A stretch of 61,594 nt of DNA, the filler included, from Piptocephalis cylindrospora (Eukaryota), in the NCBI GenBank assembly GCA_003614145.1. It is 12 parts of 12 records of this genome, joined end to end, with 100 filler letters (N's around TTAATTAATTAA, not from the genome) between each part and the next. Parts side by side here need not be neighbours in the genome. Positions count along the whole stretch, not along the records: positions 46,363 to 51,381 come from KZ988442.1; positions 51,482 to 56,491 come from KZ988443.1; positions 56,592 to 61,594 come from KZ988444.1; 9 more parts are not named here. The stretch is one strand, 5' to 3'. The notes below the pieces were generated by a model, which saw nothing but the letters and a program-made list of their open reading frames with translations, had not been told where the DNA came from and made no database searches. The position numbers and the translations under genes were made by a program. Every line of letters begins with the position of its first letter. Within the stretch, counting starts at the first letter, position 1. Positions 49,610 through 61,594 of this stretch are shown here, piece by piece.

Positions 49610-50139
49610 TGCCACTTATCTTGGATGGTCAGGATTTATCTTTAAGGCCCGATCCCACGATATAAGATAGATGAGTGAGCTGCTCCTTTGTACTTTTCAC
49701 ATCCCTTGTTCCTTGTCATTCTTACCCTATTCGGCGAGGGCAAGATTAAATATTGGCTGTATACTTGATTATTCAGCACATAGACTGAATATAGGTGTTT
49801 TCCCCTCAGTGACCTGGGGAAGAGGACAAGGACAAGGGGCATATACTGAAAGACGCATAGCATTTGATCGTTCGGCATTAACATTATTGCATCTTTGTCT
49901 ACCTCCTTTCCCTACGTTAGTTTTTCGGTCTAATAACAATATTTGGAAGGGTTGGACTACCCTGTAGGAGAGGACATGGGGGCACAATGACGACCCAGAC
50001 CTAATGTCTCCGATCCTACTCTAGCCCTAGTGGCCCAAACCACTTTACCCTTTCTCCCCCCCCCCCTCTTGAAAACCTAACCATCCTCCCACTCTCTCCA
50101 TCATCTTGCCTCTAAAAGTACTATAAACCCATTTCCCCG

Positions 50140-51381
50140 ATGCCGAACGATTGTCTCGCCTTGAGACTTCCACCTGAGTTGATCCAAAAGGTACTGCACT
50201 ACCTATGCCCGCTGGATACTCGACCAAGCCAGGGACCTTCCCCGGTCATCCATACTCCACCGCACCTCCATCTCCTTTTTCCACTATTACACCTCCCCCC
50301 TCCCTGGAGTACTGGGGCCTTGGAATGGCTTTGGAGAAACTTACGCTTCTCTTCCCCTTTAACGATGAGCCGTTGGACTCAGACGATGCTCCTGCGGGAT
50401 GGGAGCAAAAGTCAGGATGGGAGGTCACGGGTACCTCGGAAGGAGAGTGGGCCCTCACTAGCCCCTATTTGGCGAAAAGTGGCCAGGGAGAAGGGTATTG
50501 ACCTTCCCTCAACATCACCTTCTTCGTCATCGTCGTCTTCGTTGTTCTCCTCCTCCGCCCTACCATCCCTACCCCCAGGGGCCTGGTGTACCCAGTCAGT
50601 GGATCTGGGACAATATCACACATCTCCGCGTGTAGCCCCCTCTTTGAGGGACCTGGACGTATGTGCCATAGCTCGTCTCCCCCGACTTCGCTCTCTATCG
50701 CTTGCCCGAGCCTCTTCAGAATCATTGACGCTCTCAGCATTGACGTCCCTATTGGTTCTGCAAGGTCAAGGACTGGTCCATCTGGATCTCAGTTACATTC
50801 CTATGGTGGATGATTTGTTGGTGCGGACAGTGGTAAAGCATGCCCCGCAGCTTCGAAAGCTCCGAGTACGTGGATGTCTTCGAATTACCGATCAAGCAGT
50901 ATGGGATATGGGTGAATCGTTTGATCGGCCCCTGGAGCTCCTGGATATATCGGGTTGTAGGCATATTCGTGGGGCTGGCTTCGCTTCCTGGTCCTCCTCG
51001 GTATCCCGATCCTCTCCGGTCCGGGCACTCTTCCTCGCTGGAACCAATATTACCCCAGCCACCCTGACCCGCCTTGTCCGGTCTCACCCATGCTTGTGTC
51101 AGCTTTCCCTCGATGGTTCCAGAGCTGAAGGGGTCTTGGAGTGGCTTTCCAGTCAGGGGCCCTCGCTCACGCATCTTCGCCTTGTTCAACCTTCAGCCAT
51201 GAGTCGCTCCCTACTTCTTGCTGTGCCTTCCACCTCGGCCCCTTCCAGCTTTCCCGGTCCCTCTATTCCACCTTCTCACTACCTCAGTCAGCTCATATCT
51301 CTGGAGCTAGCACAGGATCCCGGGTTGATCGTAGGCCAGCTTGGCCCTCTTTTGCATTATCTTCCCCATCTTACCTCCCTG
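50140..51381 (+). CDS. F-box/leucine-rich-repeat protein, 3'-truncated
   Basis: F-box start LRLPPELIQKVLHYL; Cys-containing LRRs LRVRGCLRITD and LDISGCRHI. Confidence 0.85.
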
Positions 51382-51481
51382 NNNNNNNNNNNNNNNNNNN
51401 NNNNNNNNNNNNNNNNNNNNNNNNNTTAATTAATTAANNNNNNNNNNNNNNNNNNNNNNNNNNNNNNNNNNNNNNNNNNNN
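51382..51481. other. Artificial contig linker
   Basis: 44N-TTAATTAATTAA-44N. Confidence 0.99.
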
Positions 51482-52222
51482 CTCTTCATAGGGGACTGTT
51501 GGTCGGGCCTCTTCAATGAGTGCTGCATCCCAAAAGAACAACTTTTCCTTGGCTTGACCCATTTCACGAACGAGAGGTGAATCTAGTCTGAGATATCGAT
51601 TCAGCCAGTCAGAAGTATAGATGCTTTTGTGATCCCCCGGCCAAGTGATCTTGAGCGCCTTCTCCTCTTCCTCTTTCCCAGTCCATTCCATCTTAATTGG
51701 AGCGATGTCTAGTGGGATCTGGTCAAGAGTCGTTTGAAGAGAATGGTGAGATTGATGCTTCCGCCCTCTAATCCACACCACCCCTAAAGGTTATGCATTC
51801 AAATTACCTGAGAAGTATTCAACGTTCTTTGCTTGGTAATGGGATGAACACATGTCTTGCATTGACAGTGGTCCCGAAGCCATACTCCTGAGCTGTGTAT
51901 GAGGAAGGTATGAGAGTGCAATTGAATGTCAGGAATATCCCTCATTCCTTGGATACTCATTACCAATGGGCGCTTTTTCCATCCAAAAAGGAAATATTCA
52001 CAAGTTTGGATGGGTGGGCTTGGTCCTTGTGCTATAAGTATCGGAAAAGGTAGGTTGTAAGTAATAAGCTTACCTAGGTGATCCCTCTACACCACGGGAT
52101 ACGCCTTCGCTACCGACCTGGGTGGATAAGGCCCTGGGGAATTTGCGATCGAATACAGGGGTTCTCCATAAGACTTTGGTCCTCAAAGGTCTTTTCCAGG
52201 AATAAAACACAGACTTTAGCAT
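51482..52222 (-). CDS. Trimethyllysine dioxygenase / gamma-butyrobetaine hydroxylase family, N-terminal part (truncated)
   Basis: Basic presequence, the Zn motif WLRDHCQCKTCVHPITKQR, and ITWPGDHKSIYTSDWL. Confidence 0.85.
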
Positions 52223-52975
52223 TTTCGCCGCGACAGCTTGGATTGTTATTGTTGAGAATGGGGAGGAAAGAGGAAACAGCAATGGGTCCCGTTCGTTCAG
52301 GGAATACGACCCGAGGGATAAAAGATGCAGATGATGATGCCGTCAGCACCCGACGGCCCTAACATGGGAGTGTGGGAACTTCATTTCCCGTCCCTCGCAG
52401 CAAAATTCATCACCGAACTTTACCCCCCTTCCGTTGAATGTGTAATGGTCGTCATCCCCTCCGAACACCGTATTGGGGGTGTTATAGATGAGAAGCCATC
52501 CCTGTTGTTGCTGGGATGTCATGGTTTTTTTAAATCAAAGATGGAATGGAAAGGTAAAGTTTTTCCATTTCATAACACCGGGAGCTATGGGGACATCTTT
52601 AGAACACATCTCATCAGGTGTATGAAAACGAAGGATCCGCCGCTATAGGATGGGGTGATTATCCCAGTGAGAATTGCTGTAAAGGGATGATTTTTCCACC
52701 TTCGTCTATATCCACCTTCATTACGCCGAAAAGCATCGTACAGGAAGATGTGGATGAGCACGTGTTAAATTCACCAAATACAGGGGAAAAAGGCATAAAC
52801 CGAATGGAATGCGCAAGAGTGCATTAAGTCCTAATCCCTTTTGGATCACACGCCCCTCCTCTCCTTTCCCCCTTCCACACACTTTGGGACGCTCGTCCAC
52901 CTCTTTCCCCTGAAAGAGGGAATCGATGCTTCGGGATATATACTCGGCGCGCAATCAAATATCCCCATCCACCTT

Positions 52976-54282
52976 CTAATCCATATCCATCCGATCCTGG
53001 GAAGCCTGACCTCCCTGGTTTCCGGTTGAGCGGCGGGCCCGGTCACTGATGGCCTGGAGGAATGCACGAACACTGCTCCCAGCCCCTGATCCCAGACCCA
53101 GACTCGAGGCCAGGGGCCCCAGTTGGCCGCTGTTCAAGGCCACACTTAGACTACGGAGGGATCTCTTGAAGGGGGCCGAGGAAATAACTTCGACGATTTC
53201 CTGCTCAGAAGGGGAGGATGAGCCCTCAGGGAGGTGAGGGAAGAGGGCCTGACGAGTTTGAGGGTCCGAGAGCATGGGACGGATGGTGTCGACGGTTAGA
53301 ACATCCTCCAGGCTCAATGCATCCGTTGCTTCCTCCTCATTCTGTCCCGCATCACGAATCATGGATTGAAGGTGGTCCAGTGCCTGTTGCTGACCCTCTC
53401 GGGAAGGAGCTGATGTGGATCTGAGCAGAGGCTCCTCGGGGTCCTCCTCGTCACTTTCGTTCTCATCTTCATCAGTCTGCATCCCTTCTTCCTGGCTAAG
53501 CCGGCTGAGGATCCTGTGAGATGGAAAAAAGGAGCGAATGAGAACAAGGTAAAAGAATGAGCCAAAAAATAGGGAAAAAAACATTTCATCCCCTCTTAAT
53601 ATCACATACGAAGGATCCATGCTTCCGCTAAGGAGATTCATGAGCTGCTCAGCCCCACCAAGATCCTGATGAATACGAATATCCTGGGGATCCAAGGCAT
53701 CGGGGTTGTCGATGACGGCATTGACGTCGTTGACCCTTCGGGAATCCTTACTCTGGTCCTTGTACTGCATCCAGAAGAAGTGAACGTCTCCAGATGAGGT
53801 GAAGCGAAGGGCGTAGATCCGATCGGGAGACTGAGTGACCTATCGGTTCATGCCATAATACGAGTGGTGAGTGAGAGCTAGGGTCGATAAAGCGTATCCT
53901 TTACTTCTTCCCCCCCCTAGCCACTGGCTCTCCCAGTCTCACCTTCTCAAAGACAGCATCCTCAGTAAAGACAATAAAATCATCTAACACTTCTTGGGTT
54001 TCCCGATCTTTCCAGCAAAAGTGCAAAAGATCATCCTCCTGCTTCTCTACAAAGAAAAGGCTAACGATAATAACATGGAGGAGGGGATGGATGGTGAGGA
54101 GCCCTGCCATGATCCTGTCTTGTCCCGTCCCGTCATGGCCCGAGCAATGCCACTTACCCTTTACGTGCTTCGGGATGAACCCACTTGGATCCATTAGTAT
54201 CTCGGAAGCATCGACCTGCCTTAAAACTCAAGAGGTAGCGGTGATGCCCGGTGGATTGGGAGGAGAAGAGATCAGTGGACAT
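52976..54282 (-). CDS. RPN13: Proteasome ubiquitin receptor Rpn13/ADRM1
   Basis: Pru domain FKAGR...PEARKG, DDLLHFCWKDR, RIYALRF..HFFWMQ; C-terminal UCH37-binding-like region ALFPHLP...ALNSGQLGPL. Confidence 0.93.
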
Positions 54283-54439
54283 GCTGGAGATGGAGAGCGG
54301 TGGATTGGAGGGAACAAGGAGGGAGGAGGGGAAGGAGGGAATGGGAACAACCACTACAGCAGCGCGGAGTGCCATCTCTGCTGGGTTTTGGAAGGGGGGG
54401 AGCATGAGGCATGAATGGTATGCAAGTGTATGAGGGAAA

Positions 54440-54442
<3 letters not shown>

Positions 54443-54483
<41 letters not shown>
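54443..54483. repeat. (GT)20 microsatellite
   Basis: Read directly. Confidence 0.97.
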
Positions 54484-54486
<3 letters not shown>

Positions 54487-54755
54487 AGAGGACGCCTGGA
54501 TGACGTGTTGGGGGGCTTCACTGCACTGGGTCGAGGTGCGCTCTGGTACTAAGTGTGCCTGGGGAAGAAGTGCAGTATGCAGTCTCAGGAAGGGTGCTTC
54601 AATGGTTTATCTGATTAATACACCGGGGATACTATCAACAATGACTTTATCATTGGCTAATCCTATGTAATCCTCTATATCCTACTTGTTGGTCAAAAAT
54701 TAGGGTAAATTGGATGGTCTCCTCCCTCCCCTTTCCCCTCCCTCTTTCTTCTTCT

Positions 54756-56122
54756 CTAAACCTCCTCCACGGGAGCATTTTTCACATGAAAGCCCACCCA
54801 TGGATGAAGCCATGCCTCGCGAAGCCTCATCCTCCTTGAAGAACCCTTGCGCATTAGCGATCGGCATAGAGCCTTGGCTTCCATGTCGTCAGCCATCCAG
54901 GCAGGCTGATGCAGAGGATCCACAATATCCTCAAGATGCCGGTAAGGGGCCACACCGTGGTACATGGTGTAGAGGATGACACCAAGAGACCAGCTTTCTA
55001 GGAGCTCAGAATCCTTTCGTGCGTTGAGCAGGACCTCGGGAGGGCTAAAGATCCGTGTCCCAGCAAAGTAAGAGGGGCCTGGCTGGCCCTTTTCGGTGGT
55101 CGCTCCAAAGTCACAGATTTTCACCTCAAATCGATCATTAACCAGGACATTGAGGCACTTGAGATCCCCGTGATGAACTCCTCGTGCGTGTAGACGATAC
55201 ACTGTGTCGATAATAGAGCGAAAGATATAGTGGGCGTGACGATGCTCCAGTCGGCCGTACTGCTTGATCAGACCCATGAGGTCCCGGGCGACACGGAGCT
55301 GCTTCTTCCGCGGATCCATCCATCTCCACTCGGTACCGGCCAGCTCCATTACCATTACATGACCCTTCTCGGGAAGATAATCCATGTCCATTAGATGCAC
55401 CACTCCAGAAACATTGGAGAGTCGAAGCATAAAGTAGGCTTCGCGAGGAAGCCATCCAAGAACCGGGTCGTGAATCCGATCCTTCTCGACATCATCGTTC
55501 CCCTGAACAAATTTGATAATTACCTGAGCGTCTGTCCCCTTCCTCAGACCCATGTAAACCTTGCCGAAACCTCCTACTGCGAGCTCTGTACATAGGGTGT
55601 ACTTGGCATCCAGAGCGGGGGTCAGGATGTTAGTAGGGGTCTTGGGGGTAGAGGCCTTGACGGTGGATGAGACGGGGTTAACAGACGCCACAGGTGCAGG
55701 ATCAATGATAGCAGAAGCCTCAACAGTCAATTCCTCACCACCCCCCTTCTTCACCTGGGCCGCGGAAGGGGCAGGGTGGATGGTGGGGGAGTGAGGGCTA
55801 AATGCCCCCTTTCCCCCTTGTCCCATGTCGTCGGTAGATATCATCATTGAGGTGGCATGCTGGGGTAGGACCCTCCCAGAAGGCTTTTCAAATCCGAGGC
55901 TTTGTACCACGCTTCCAAATTAGAAAGGAGGGAGAGGTGGAACCATGTTAGCATTAAGCGATGCGTATATAAAGCGGAGGATCATGGAATTGTGCAACAT
56001 CAACCCACTTACCCAGCAATGGAAGTACGGAAATTATGAGCAGCAGGACCGGCATAATCCTTAATCCTGGACAGGACCGCGGGATTTGAGGAGCCAGCTT
56101 GAATATCCGCATCAGGGACCAT
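54756..56122 (-). CDS. PIM/PASK-like CAMK-group Ser/Thr kinase; exons 56122..56013 and 55911..54756
   Basis: GGFGKVY, VIIKF, LPREAYFM, HGDLKCLN, DFG and GTRIFSPPE. The GTAAGT...CTAAC...AG intron gives an in-frame ATG at 56122. Confidence 0.88.
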
Positions 56123-56491
56123 CTTGGGCAAGGAGTAAGTACTTATTCAAAAAATGTAGAGATGGAGCAGAGGATAGGGTATTTTCAATGAAAGGCAATT
56201 TGAATAATGGAGAGTAATTTAGAACAGGTAACAAGCGATAACGGTCCAAATAGGGTATAGGGTGGGGTGGGGGGGAGGGGGAGGGGGAGGAGGAGGAGGG
56301 AAGCAAAAGAAAATCTAAGAAAAGGAAGGACGGCCACGGGGAGAAGAAAACAGGAGGGGGGGTGAGGAGAATATGTAGCGGAGGGCGGAGTGGGAAGAAA
56401 ACGGACCAGGGAGGGGGGGGGGGGGGGGAGAAGGAGGGGGAAATGATCTGGGAGGGGGGAAGGGGATAATGATGAGCCAGGGATAGTTTAG

Positions 56492-56591
56492 NNNNNNNNN
56501 NNNNNNNNNNNNNNNNNNNNNNNNNNNNNNNNNNNTTAATTAATTAANNNNNNNNNNNNNNNNNNNNNNNNNNNNNNNNNNNNNNNNNNNN
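56492..56591. other. Artificial contig linker
   Basis: 44N-TTAATTAATTAA-44N. Confidence 0.99.
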
Positions 56592-57801
56592 CACCTTCAC
56601 TTCCGCTATAGTCTCCGACAGGCCCCATGTTAGTCACCGCTCTGCGCTGCAGAGAAGGACTCTGTATCATCTTCATGACCCTGATCTTGTCATCCTCCTC
56701 ATATCTCTGCGTTGCCAAGGCATTCTCCATCGGGTTTAACCATCACTCATGGTGGGAATGCTCATGTGGACTGCTCTAGGAGAGAGGATGGTCTATTGAT
56801 ACTCCCCATCACCAAGATTATTACATCCTCCTTCATCGCCTTATCCAGCCAAGACCATTGTAGTTACCTTCATATCCTATCCAGAGTAAATGGGTATGCA
56901 CCACTCATTCTACGCCATCCTCCAAAACGTGTCTAGGAGCTCTGGAGGCGGACAGACCCGTGCAGTACTTGCTTTCACTTCATCGTACTGTGTCTATGGT
57001 GTCCTGCATAGCACATCAAGCCCACCAAGGATCACGCACACACCCCTACCACCATCACTATCACGACTACTACTGCAGTACCAAAAAAAGAGAGATGCAC
57101 ACTTTCGGTCGCGGAGCAACCCATGCCCTACGAATCCTCCTCACATATCTCACCCACGTACCCATTTACTCAGTTGATTGGTGGGTGTAACCGGGCTTCG
57201 GGTAATCGGGTAACACCGGGCCCCCTTTAAAAACCCGCCCTAGTACTTAAACAATTTTGGCCCTTGCTACACACAGAGACCCATTCTCTTTTTTTTTCTT
57301 CCGATGGGTCCAATACAACCCCGACTCTGCTTTCGCTTGCCCCATATTCCTCAGCCTACCCGATCCATACCGCCCAATCCACTTCCCGATAGAGAGAACA
57401 AGAAGAAGGGGAAAGCACTCCATTCCATCGTGCCTACACCCTATCCTCCCATTGGACTCCTCTCAGCGGGGCGCGGAAAGGTCACTGTCTTTGCCCCCAC
57501 CCCCACCCTCATCTGCGGGGGTGACGTTGACATTCCCCTGTCCAAGAGAGACTCTCCTTTTTTTTTCTTGGTATGGCCACTGACACCAGATGAGTAAATC
57601 TCTCGCAATCATCTCTTGTGCACACTTCCTAGATGAGACTGATCAAGCATTTGTTTTATTTTCCCCTATAAATACCGCTTGGTTTTGACCCTCTCTCCGT
57701 CTCCTCTTCGCATCCACTTCTCCATCATCCCCTCCTTTCATTCTTTCCAGCAACAACAACAACAACAACAACAAGATTTGTTTTCCTGACTGCTTTTCTA
57801 G

Positions 57802-59034
57802 ATGCACCTGCCTCGTCAGCCCTTGCTTCGCCTCTCCCTCCCTTCTTCCACCCTCCATCTTCATGGGACCCCCAGCACGGCGGCTCCCACCTTGCTAACC
57901 GGCCGGGTCCATTTGGATCTCCCAACTAGCACTCGCGTCGCCTCCCTAGAGGTCACCATCACTGGGAGGTTGCGTATCACCACCCCAGACATGGCTCGAC
58001 CCCAACTTCGGTCGGTCCACGAGGACACCCTGGTCCTCCTGGACAAGTCCACCCTAGAGGCCGGTCACCATAGCCTTCTCTTTGAGATGGCCTTGCCCGG
58101 TCACCTCCCCTCCTCGGTCTCCACCCCCATGGGTGTCTGTGAGTACCGCATCTCCGTTCGTCTCCGTCGATCCGTCTTCTACCTCCCGGATGAGGTTATC
58201 AAGAAGGCTCTGACCCTCGTCAGACATACCGAAGAGGAGGAGGCTTCCCTGGTTGGCCGGTCCGTCAGAGTCGAGGGCATCTGGGGGAACCGAGCCAGCT
58301 ACGTAGCCTATGTCCCGAGTGCCGCGTATGCCAAGGATGATTATATCCCCGTCCACATCCACTTTACCCCTCTTCGTCCAGGCCTACACATCCGTGCCTT
58401 GGATGCCTGTCTGGTTGAGCGGGAGGTCTATGGGTCCAAGGATCCCCCCAACATGGGTCGCATCCTCTCCCGTCGGGCCGAGAGCGTCCCTGCCCTTGAG
58501 GAGGACATGGCCCGTAAGGGTTCCCTAGATCGTACCATCTGGCTACGAGTACCTTCCCCCACCACCTTGGATTGTGATATTCCCGGATTTCTTCGTATTC
58601 GACACAAGGTTGAGGCTGCTGTCCGGGTTGCTGATAGCTCCGAGGGAAAGGGCATGGCCAGGCTCACTATGAGACTCCCCGTGGCCATCCTGCCCGACCC
58701 TCTCAAGACCTATCCGGATCAGCTCCCTCGGTACCAACCTCCCTATCTCATCTCTCCTCCCTCCTCCTCAGCCTCTTCCATTCATCAAGCCGATGATGAG
58801 GAAGAAGAGGATGTGGTGGTGGGGGAAGATGCCTTCATGAGGGGAGGAGGAGGGGCCCTGGCGGGCGTCCGTGGAGATGAGGATCTGACCATGCTCATGG
58901 ATGCGCCCCCCTATCCCGAATGCCCCCTCTCTCCAGCCACCAGCCCCATCTCTTCCCCAGGGCTTCCTCCTTCCTATGGAGACGCGATAGCTTTGGCCAT
59001 CGAGCCTTCCCTCGCCCCTCTTGGTCCTTGCTAA
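57802..59034 (+). CDS. Alpha-arrestin (ART-type ubiquitin-ligase adaptor)
   Basis: Arrestin_N LTGRVHLDL...FEMALPGHLPSS, Arrestin_C IRHKV, and tail PY motifs LPRY and PPSY. Confidence 0.9.
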   Translation: MHLPRQPLLRLSLPSSTLHLHGTPSTAAPTLLTGRVHLDLPTSTRVASLEVTITGRLRITTPDMARPQLRSVHEDTLVLLDKSTLEAGHHSLLFEMALPGHLPSSVSTPMGVCEYRISVRLRRSVFYLPDEVIKKALTLVRHTEEEEASLVGRSVRVEGIWGNRASYVAYVPSAAYAKDDYIPVHIHFTPLRPGLHIRALDACLVEREVYGSKDPPNMGRILSRRAESVPALEEDMARKGSLDRTIWLRVPSPTTLDCDIPGFLRIRHKVEAAVRVADSSEGKGMARLTMRLPVAILPDPLKTYPDQLPRYQPPYLISPPSSSASSIHQADDEEEEDVVVGEDAFMRGGGGALAGVRGDEDLTMLMDAPPYPECPLSPATSPISSPGLPPSYGDAIALAIEPSLAPLGPC

Positions 59035-59139
59035 TCGGTCTATTTTGAGGATGGGATACGCTCTTCCATCCCCTGTCATGTATCATGCTCTTTATCTTTC
59101 TCTCCCCCTTTCTCCTCTCCCCTCCTGTACTCTACTCTT

Positions 59140-59165
59140 CCCCCCCCCCCCCCCCCCCCCCCCCC
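59140..59165. repeat. Poly-C tract (26 nt)
   Basis: Read directly. Confidence 0.9.
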
Positions 59166-59675
59166 TACTTGATCTTCCATTTGGTACCTTATCCTTTACT
59201 AAACATTGCATCTTTCTCTCTCTTCCCCCCCTCCCTCCCTCCCTTCCTACCCTTGTAGTGTGCTCAAGTACGCACTACCCTGCCCTCATCGTCATCCTGA
59301 TCAGCTCGAGCACACCGGCTACGTCTACACGAATAGTCCAAGTCGACGCTGTTCCGTCTCCCGCCCTCCCTACCCAGCAGCACCTTTTCTCTATCCGTGT
59401 TTCCCTTCCTCCACATCACCGTAGACGGTTCTCCCTCACCCTTTCTTAATCAATCATCACCTCCTCTGATTTCGGTTCTCCTTTTCCTAGGGTAAGTCCT
59501 TTTATTGGCTGGCTCATCATCGTCCTCATGGATGTGGTCAAGGAATGTCTCATCACTTGATGATCGGACGTCACTGCCGATCCCTCCCATTCCCTCCACT
59601 CAACCTTCCACAATCACCCCTATTTAGTACGATCATCCCTCTCCCCTCCTCAAATAATCATCATTCTTCATCATA

Positions 59676-60779
59676 ATGGGAAATAGGCAAGGAAAGCTCA
59701 TCTACCAGGGCGCATTCGGCTCACTGACCCTGCCCCACTACTATGTTCGACGTCCAACCAAGGAGGATATCTGGAGGGTCATTCGGTCTCGTGAGCTCTT
59801 TCGCCTCATACTCTCCGCCATATGGCTCATCATTGCTGGTCTCCTTTGCTCTTGGACCCAGTCCAAGTCAGATGAACGCTGGGTCCTTCACGCACCCAAC
59901 CAGGATCCCAGGGCCTCCCCTCCCCTCTACGATTCTCTCTGGGACGTGTCTCCTTACCTGGAGAACAAGCTCTATCTCACCGACGTTTTCGTCATGGGCC
60001 TCTTGGGTGTCACTGTCGTATGTATGCTCTTCTTTGTCGCGCCCAGCTGGGTCAAGCGTGCCATCATCTTCCGTCGCATCTTTTGGATCATGGGCTCCTT
60101 GTACTGGTACCGTGCCCTTACCCTCACTGTCACCACCTTGCCCGCCACTCACAATGACTGTGCTCCCGTCATCACCCAAGGCTTTTCCTTTGGTGAGGCC
60201 CTAAAAGCCTCTATCGACATGATTTTTGGGGGGGTCAAGGCTTGCACAGATAACATTTTCTCCGGCCACACTATGTTCCTCATGACCTGTGTCTTCCAGT
60301 GGCGTATGTACTGTCGCTTTAGGCCCTTTGCCTGGATTGTCTACGCCGTCGCTCTCGTCGGCATCCTTCTCATCGACTTTACCCGTCTTCACTACACCGT
60401 CGACATTGTCCTCGCCATGTTCATCACCTGGGGCGCTTACACTATCTACTTTGCCTGCCTTAACATTGCCGTTCAGCGTCTTCAATTTGACGGTCATCTC
60501 CGTGGCCACTATGACTCCCCTATGGGTCATCCCGAGGCTCGGTGGGACAAGTACAATGCTGAGTTCCAAGACATCATCTACATCCCTCGCATGCTCAACT
60601 CGGGCCTTGTCGCCTCCATCGCCTACCTCGACGGACTGGATCTTCGGTGGAATGAGGAGACGGCTCAGGCCCTTCGTCAGGATCATCAAGATCTTCAAAA
60701 GCAACGCGATCGAAGCGAAAGTCAAATCCCCCTTCATCAACCCTCGGCCGACATGTCCGGGGTCAGTTCCATGGTATGA
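59676..60779 (+). CDS. Sphingomyelin-synthase-family (PAP2_C) phosphotransferase
   Basis: PPLYD, RALTLTVTTLP, CTDNIFSGHT and HYTVDI motifs; about six TM segments; probable 5'-UTR intron starting at GTAAGT near 59492. Confidence 0.9.
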   Translation: MGNRQGKLIYQGAFGSLTLPHYYVRRPTKEDIWRVIRSRELFRLILSAIWLIIAGLLCSWTQSKSDERWVLHAPNQDPRASPPLYDSLWDVSPYLENKLYLTDVFVMGLLGVTVVCMLFFVAPSWVKRAIIFRRIFWIMGSLYWYRALTLTVTTLPATHNDCAPVITQGFSFGEALKASIDMIFGGVKACTDNIFSGHTMFLMTCVFQWRMYCRFRPFAWIVYAVALVGILLIDFTRLHYTVDIVLAMFITWGAYTIYFACLNIAVQRLQFDGHLRGHYDSPMGHPEARWDKYNAEFQDIIYIPRMLNSGLVASIAYLDGLDLRWNEETAQALRQDHQDLQKQRDRSESQIPLHQPSADMSGVSSMV

Positions 60780-61594
60780 TTCTACTCGGAAGAGGGTATA
60801 TATGTGTGTGCGTGTGTGTGCATGTCTGATGAATTGTGTCAAAGGAATCGATGCGATTAGAGGGGATATGGGAGGGTGGTGAAACGGGGGTGTCCCTTGT
60901 GGACGGTCTACATATGCGTTAATGTGTCAGGGTCACCCTTGGATCGCTAGGGTCAACACAACCACCTGTTCTTTTTCCCCATTTTTTTTAACGCAATGCG
61001 TCTTTGTAACAAGTATCGTCTCATGATGGAATGGAGAGAGGGCTATTGTCTGAGGGAAAAATATCCATTTTCCAACATGAGTTCATGGAGCATTTTTTAG
61101 TCAATTTTCATCCTTACCCATCCAACTGCCCTTATAAAACTCCTTCCCGAGCTCATTATGTTCCAACTGAGAGGCATTCAAAGCCTCGGGAAGCATGAGC
61201 GTATTCTTCTTTATGGAACGGTGATCTGGACCATCTACATTGCCCACACACGACTGATCTTTGCCCCGGATCTGACGTCTAATATGATCAAGATGTGGCA
61301 CTCACTACTACACAGGGTCCTAGTGGCTAAAGCTAGGACGGCGCGCACGCGTGGATCAGAACCTGAGTTCCGGTCTCGATGGACGCGACTGATCCAGTGA
61401 ATACCAAGACCAGGCCAGCGCCTGGCCTGGATCCTCTCGGATACCTAAGTGTGGATTTTGGGTGTTTTTCTTTACTTTTTACCATTTTACGGTAATGTGT
61501 GGTTTTTTTGACAATACATTACTCCTTTCAGCCTCTATAAAATTCCGATGGGCATTCCTTGACCACATCCATGAGGACGATGATGAGCCAGCCG

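Noticed and set aside
56013..56112. Signal-peptide-like reading MPVLLLIISVLPLL upstream of the kinase (secreted kinase idea)
   Set aside because: The splice phase puts it out of frame with the kinase. The in-frame exon starts at ATG 56122 and is hydrophilic.
5095..56591. Regularly spaced TTAATTAATTAA repeats every ~5 kb, and any gene clustering across them
   Set aside because: These are synthetic linkers between size-sorted contigs, so adjacency across them (for example GLY1 with the TML dioxygenase) has no biological meaning.
57199..57213. Tandem CGGGTAA (Reb1-like) sites upstream of the arrestin gene
   Set aside because: Plausible but too short to support without conservation data.
60201..60882. 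Long antisense and alternate-frame ORFs over the SMS-like gene (similar ones overlie SLC41 and the stathmin-like gene)
   Set aside because: These are shadow ORFs expected from codon bias in real genes.
61410..61430. 9-bp GC-rich hairpin CCAGGCCAG-CGC-CTGGCCTGG
   Set aside because: A single short palindrome with no supporting context.

Overview
This is not a contiguous locus. It is 12 unrelated ~5-kb contigs, mostly in decreasing length order, joined by 100-nt artificial linkers (44N-TTAATTAATTAA-44N). The DNA is eukaryotic and fungal-like, with short GT-AG introns and CTAAC/CTCAC-type branch sites. Gene content (SLC41, SMS-family, stathmin-like, SPIDR-like) suggests an early-diverging fungus; Zoopagomycota is my inference only. 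Inverted contig ends suggest a whole-genome-amplified single-cell assembly. Most genes are recognisable housekeeping genes: Nrc-2/Fpk1-type kinase, SLC41, a methyltransferase, VanZ-like, TFB5, UPF0014, an RluA pseudouridine synthase, BET1, GLY1, ATG7, WDR70, EMC1, RRN6-like, F-box/LRR, TMLHE-like, RPN13, a PIM/PASK-like kinase, an alpha-arrestin and an SMS-like enzyme. Four observations stand out: (1) a stand-alone fungal stathmin-like protein with three tubulin-binding-type repeats; (2) a ~790-aa orphan whose motif order resembles Rep_trans rolling-circle initiators (speculative); (3) a short SPIDR-like protein; (4) orphan secreted proteins and decayed ORFs. The 1116-bp and 55-bp terminal inverted repeats are most likely amplification or assembly artefacts. 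I found no rRNA, confident tRNA or CRISPR array. All family assignments come from recalled motifs, not database searches.
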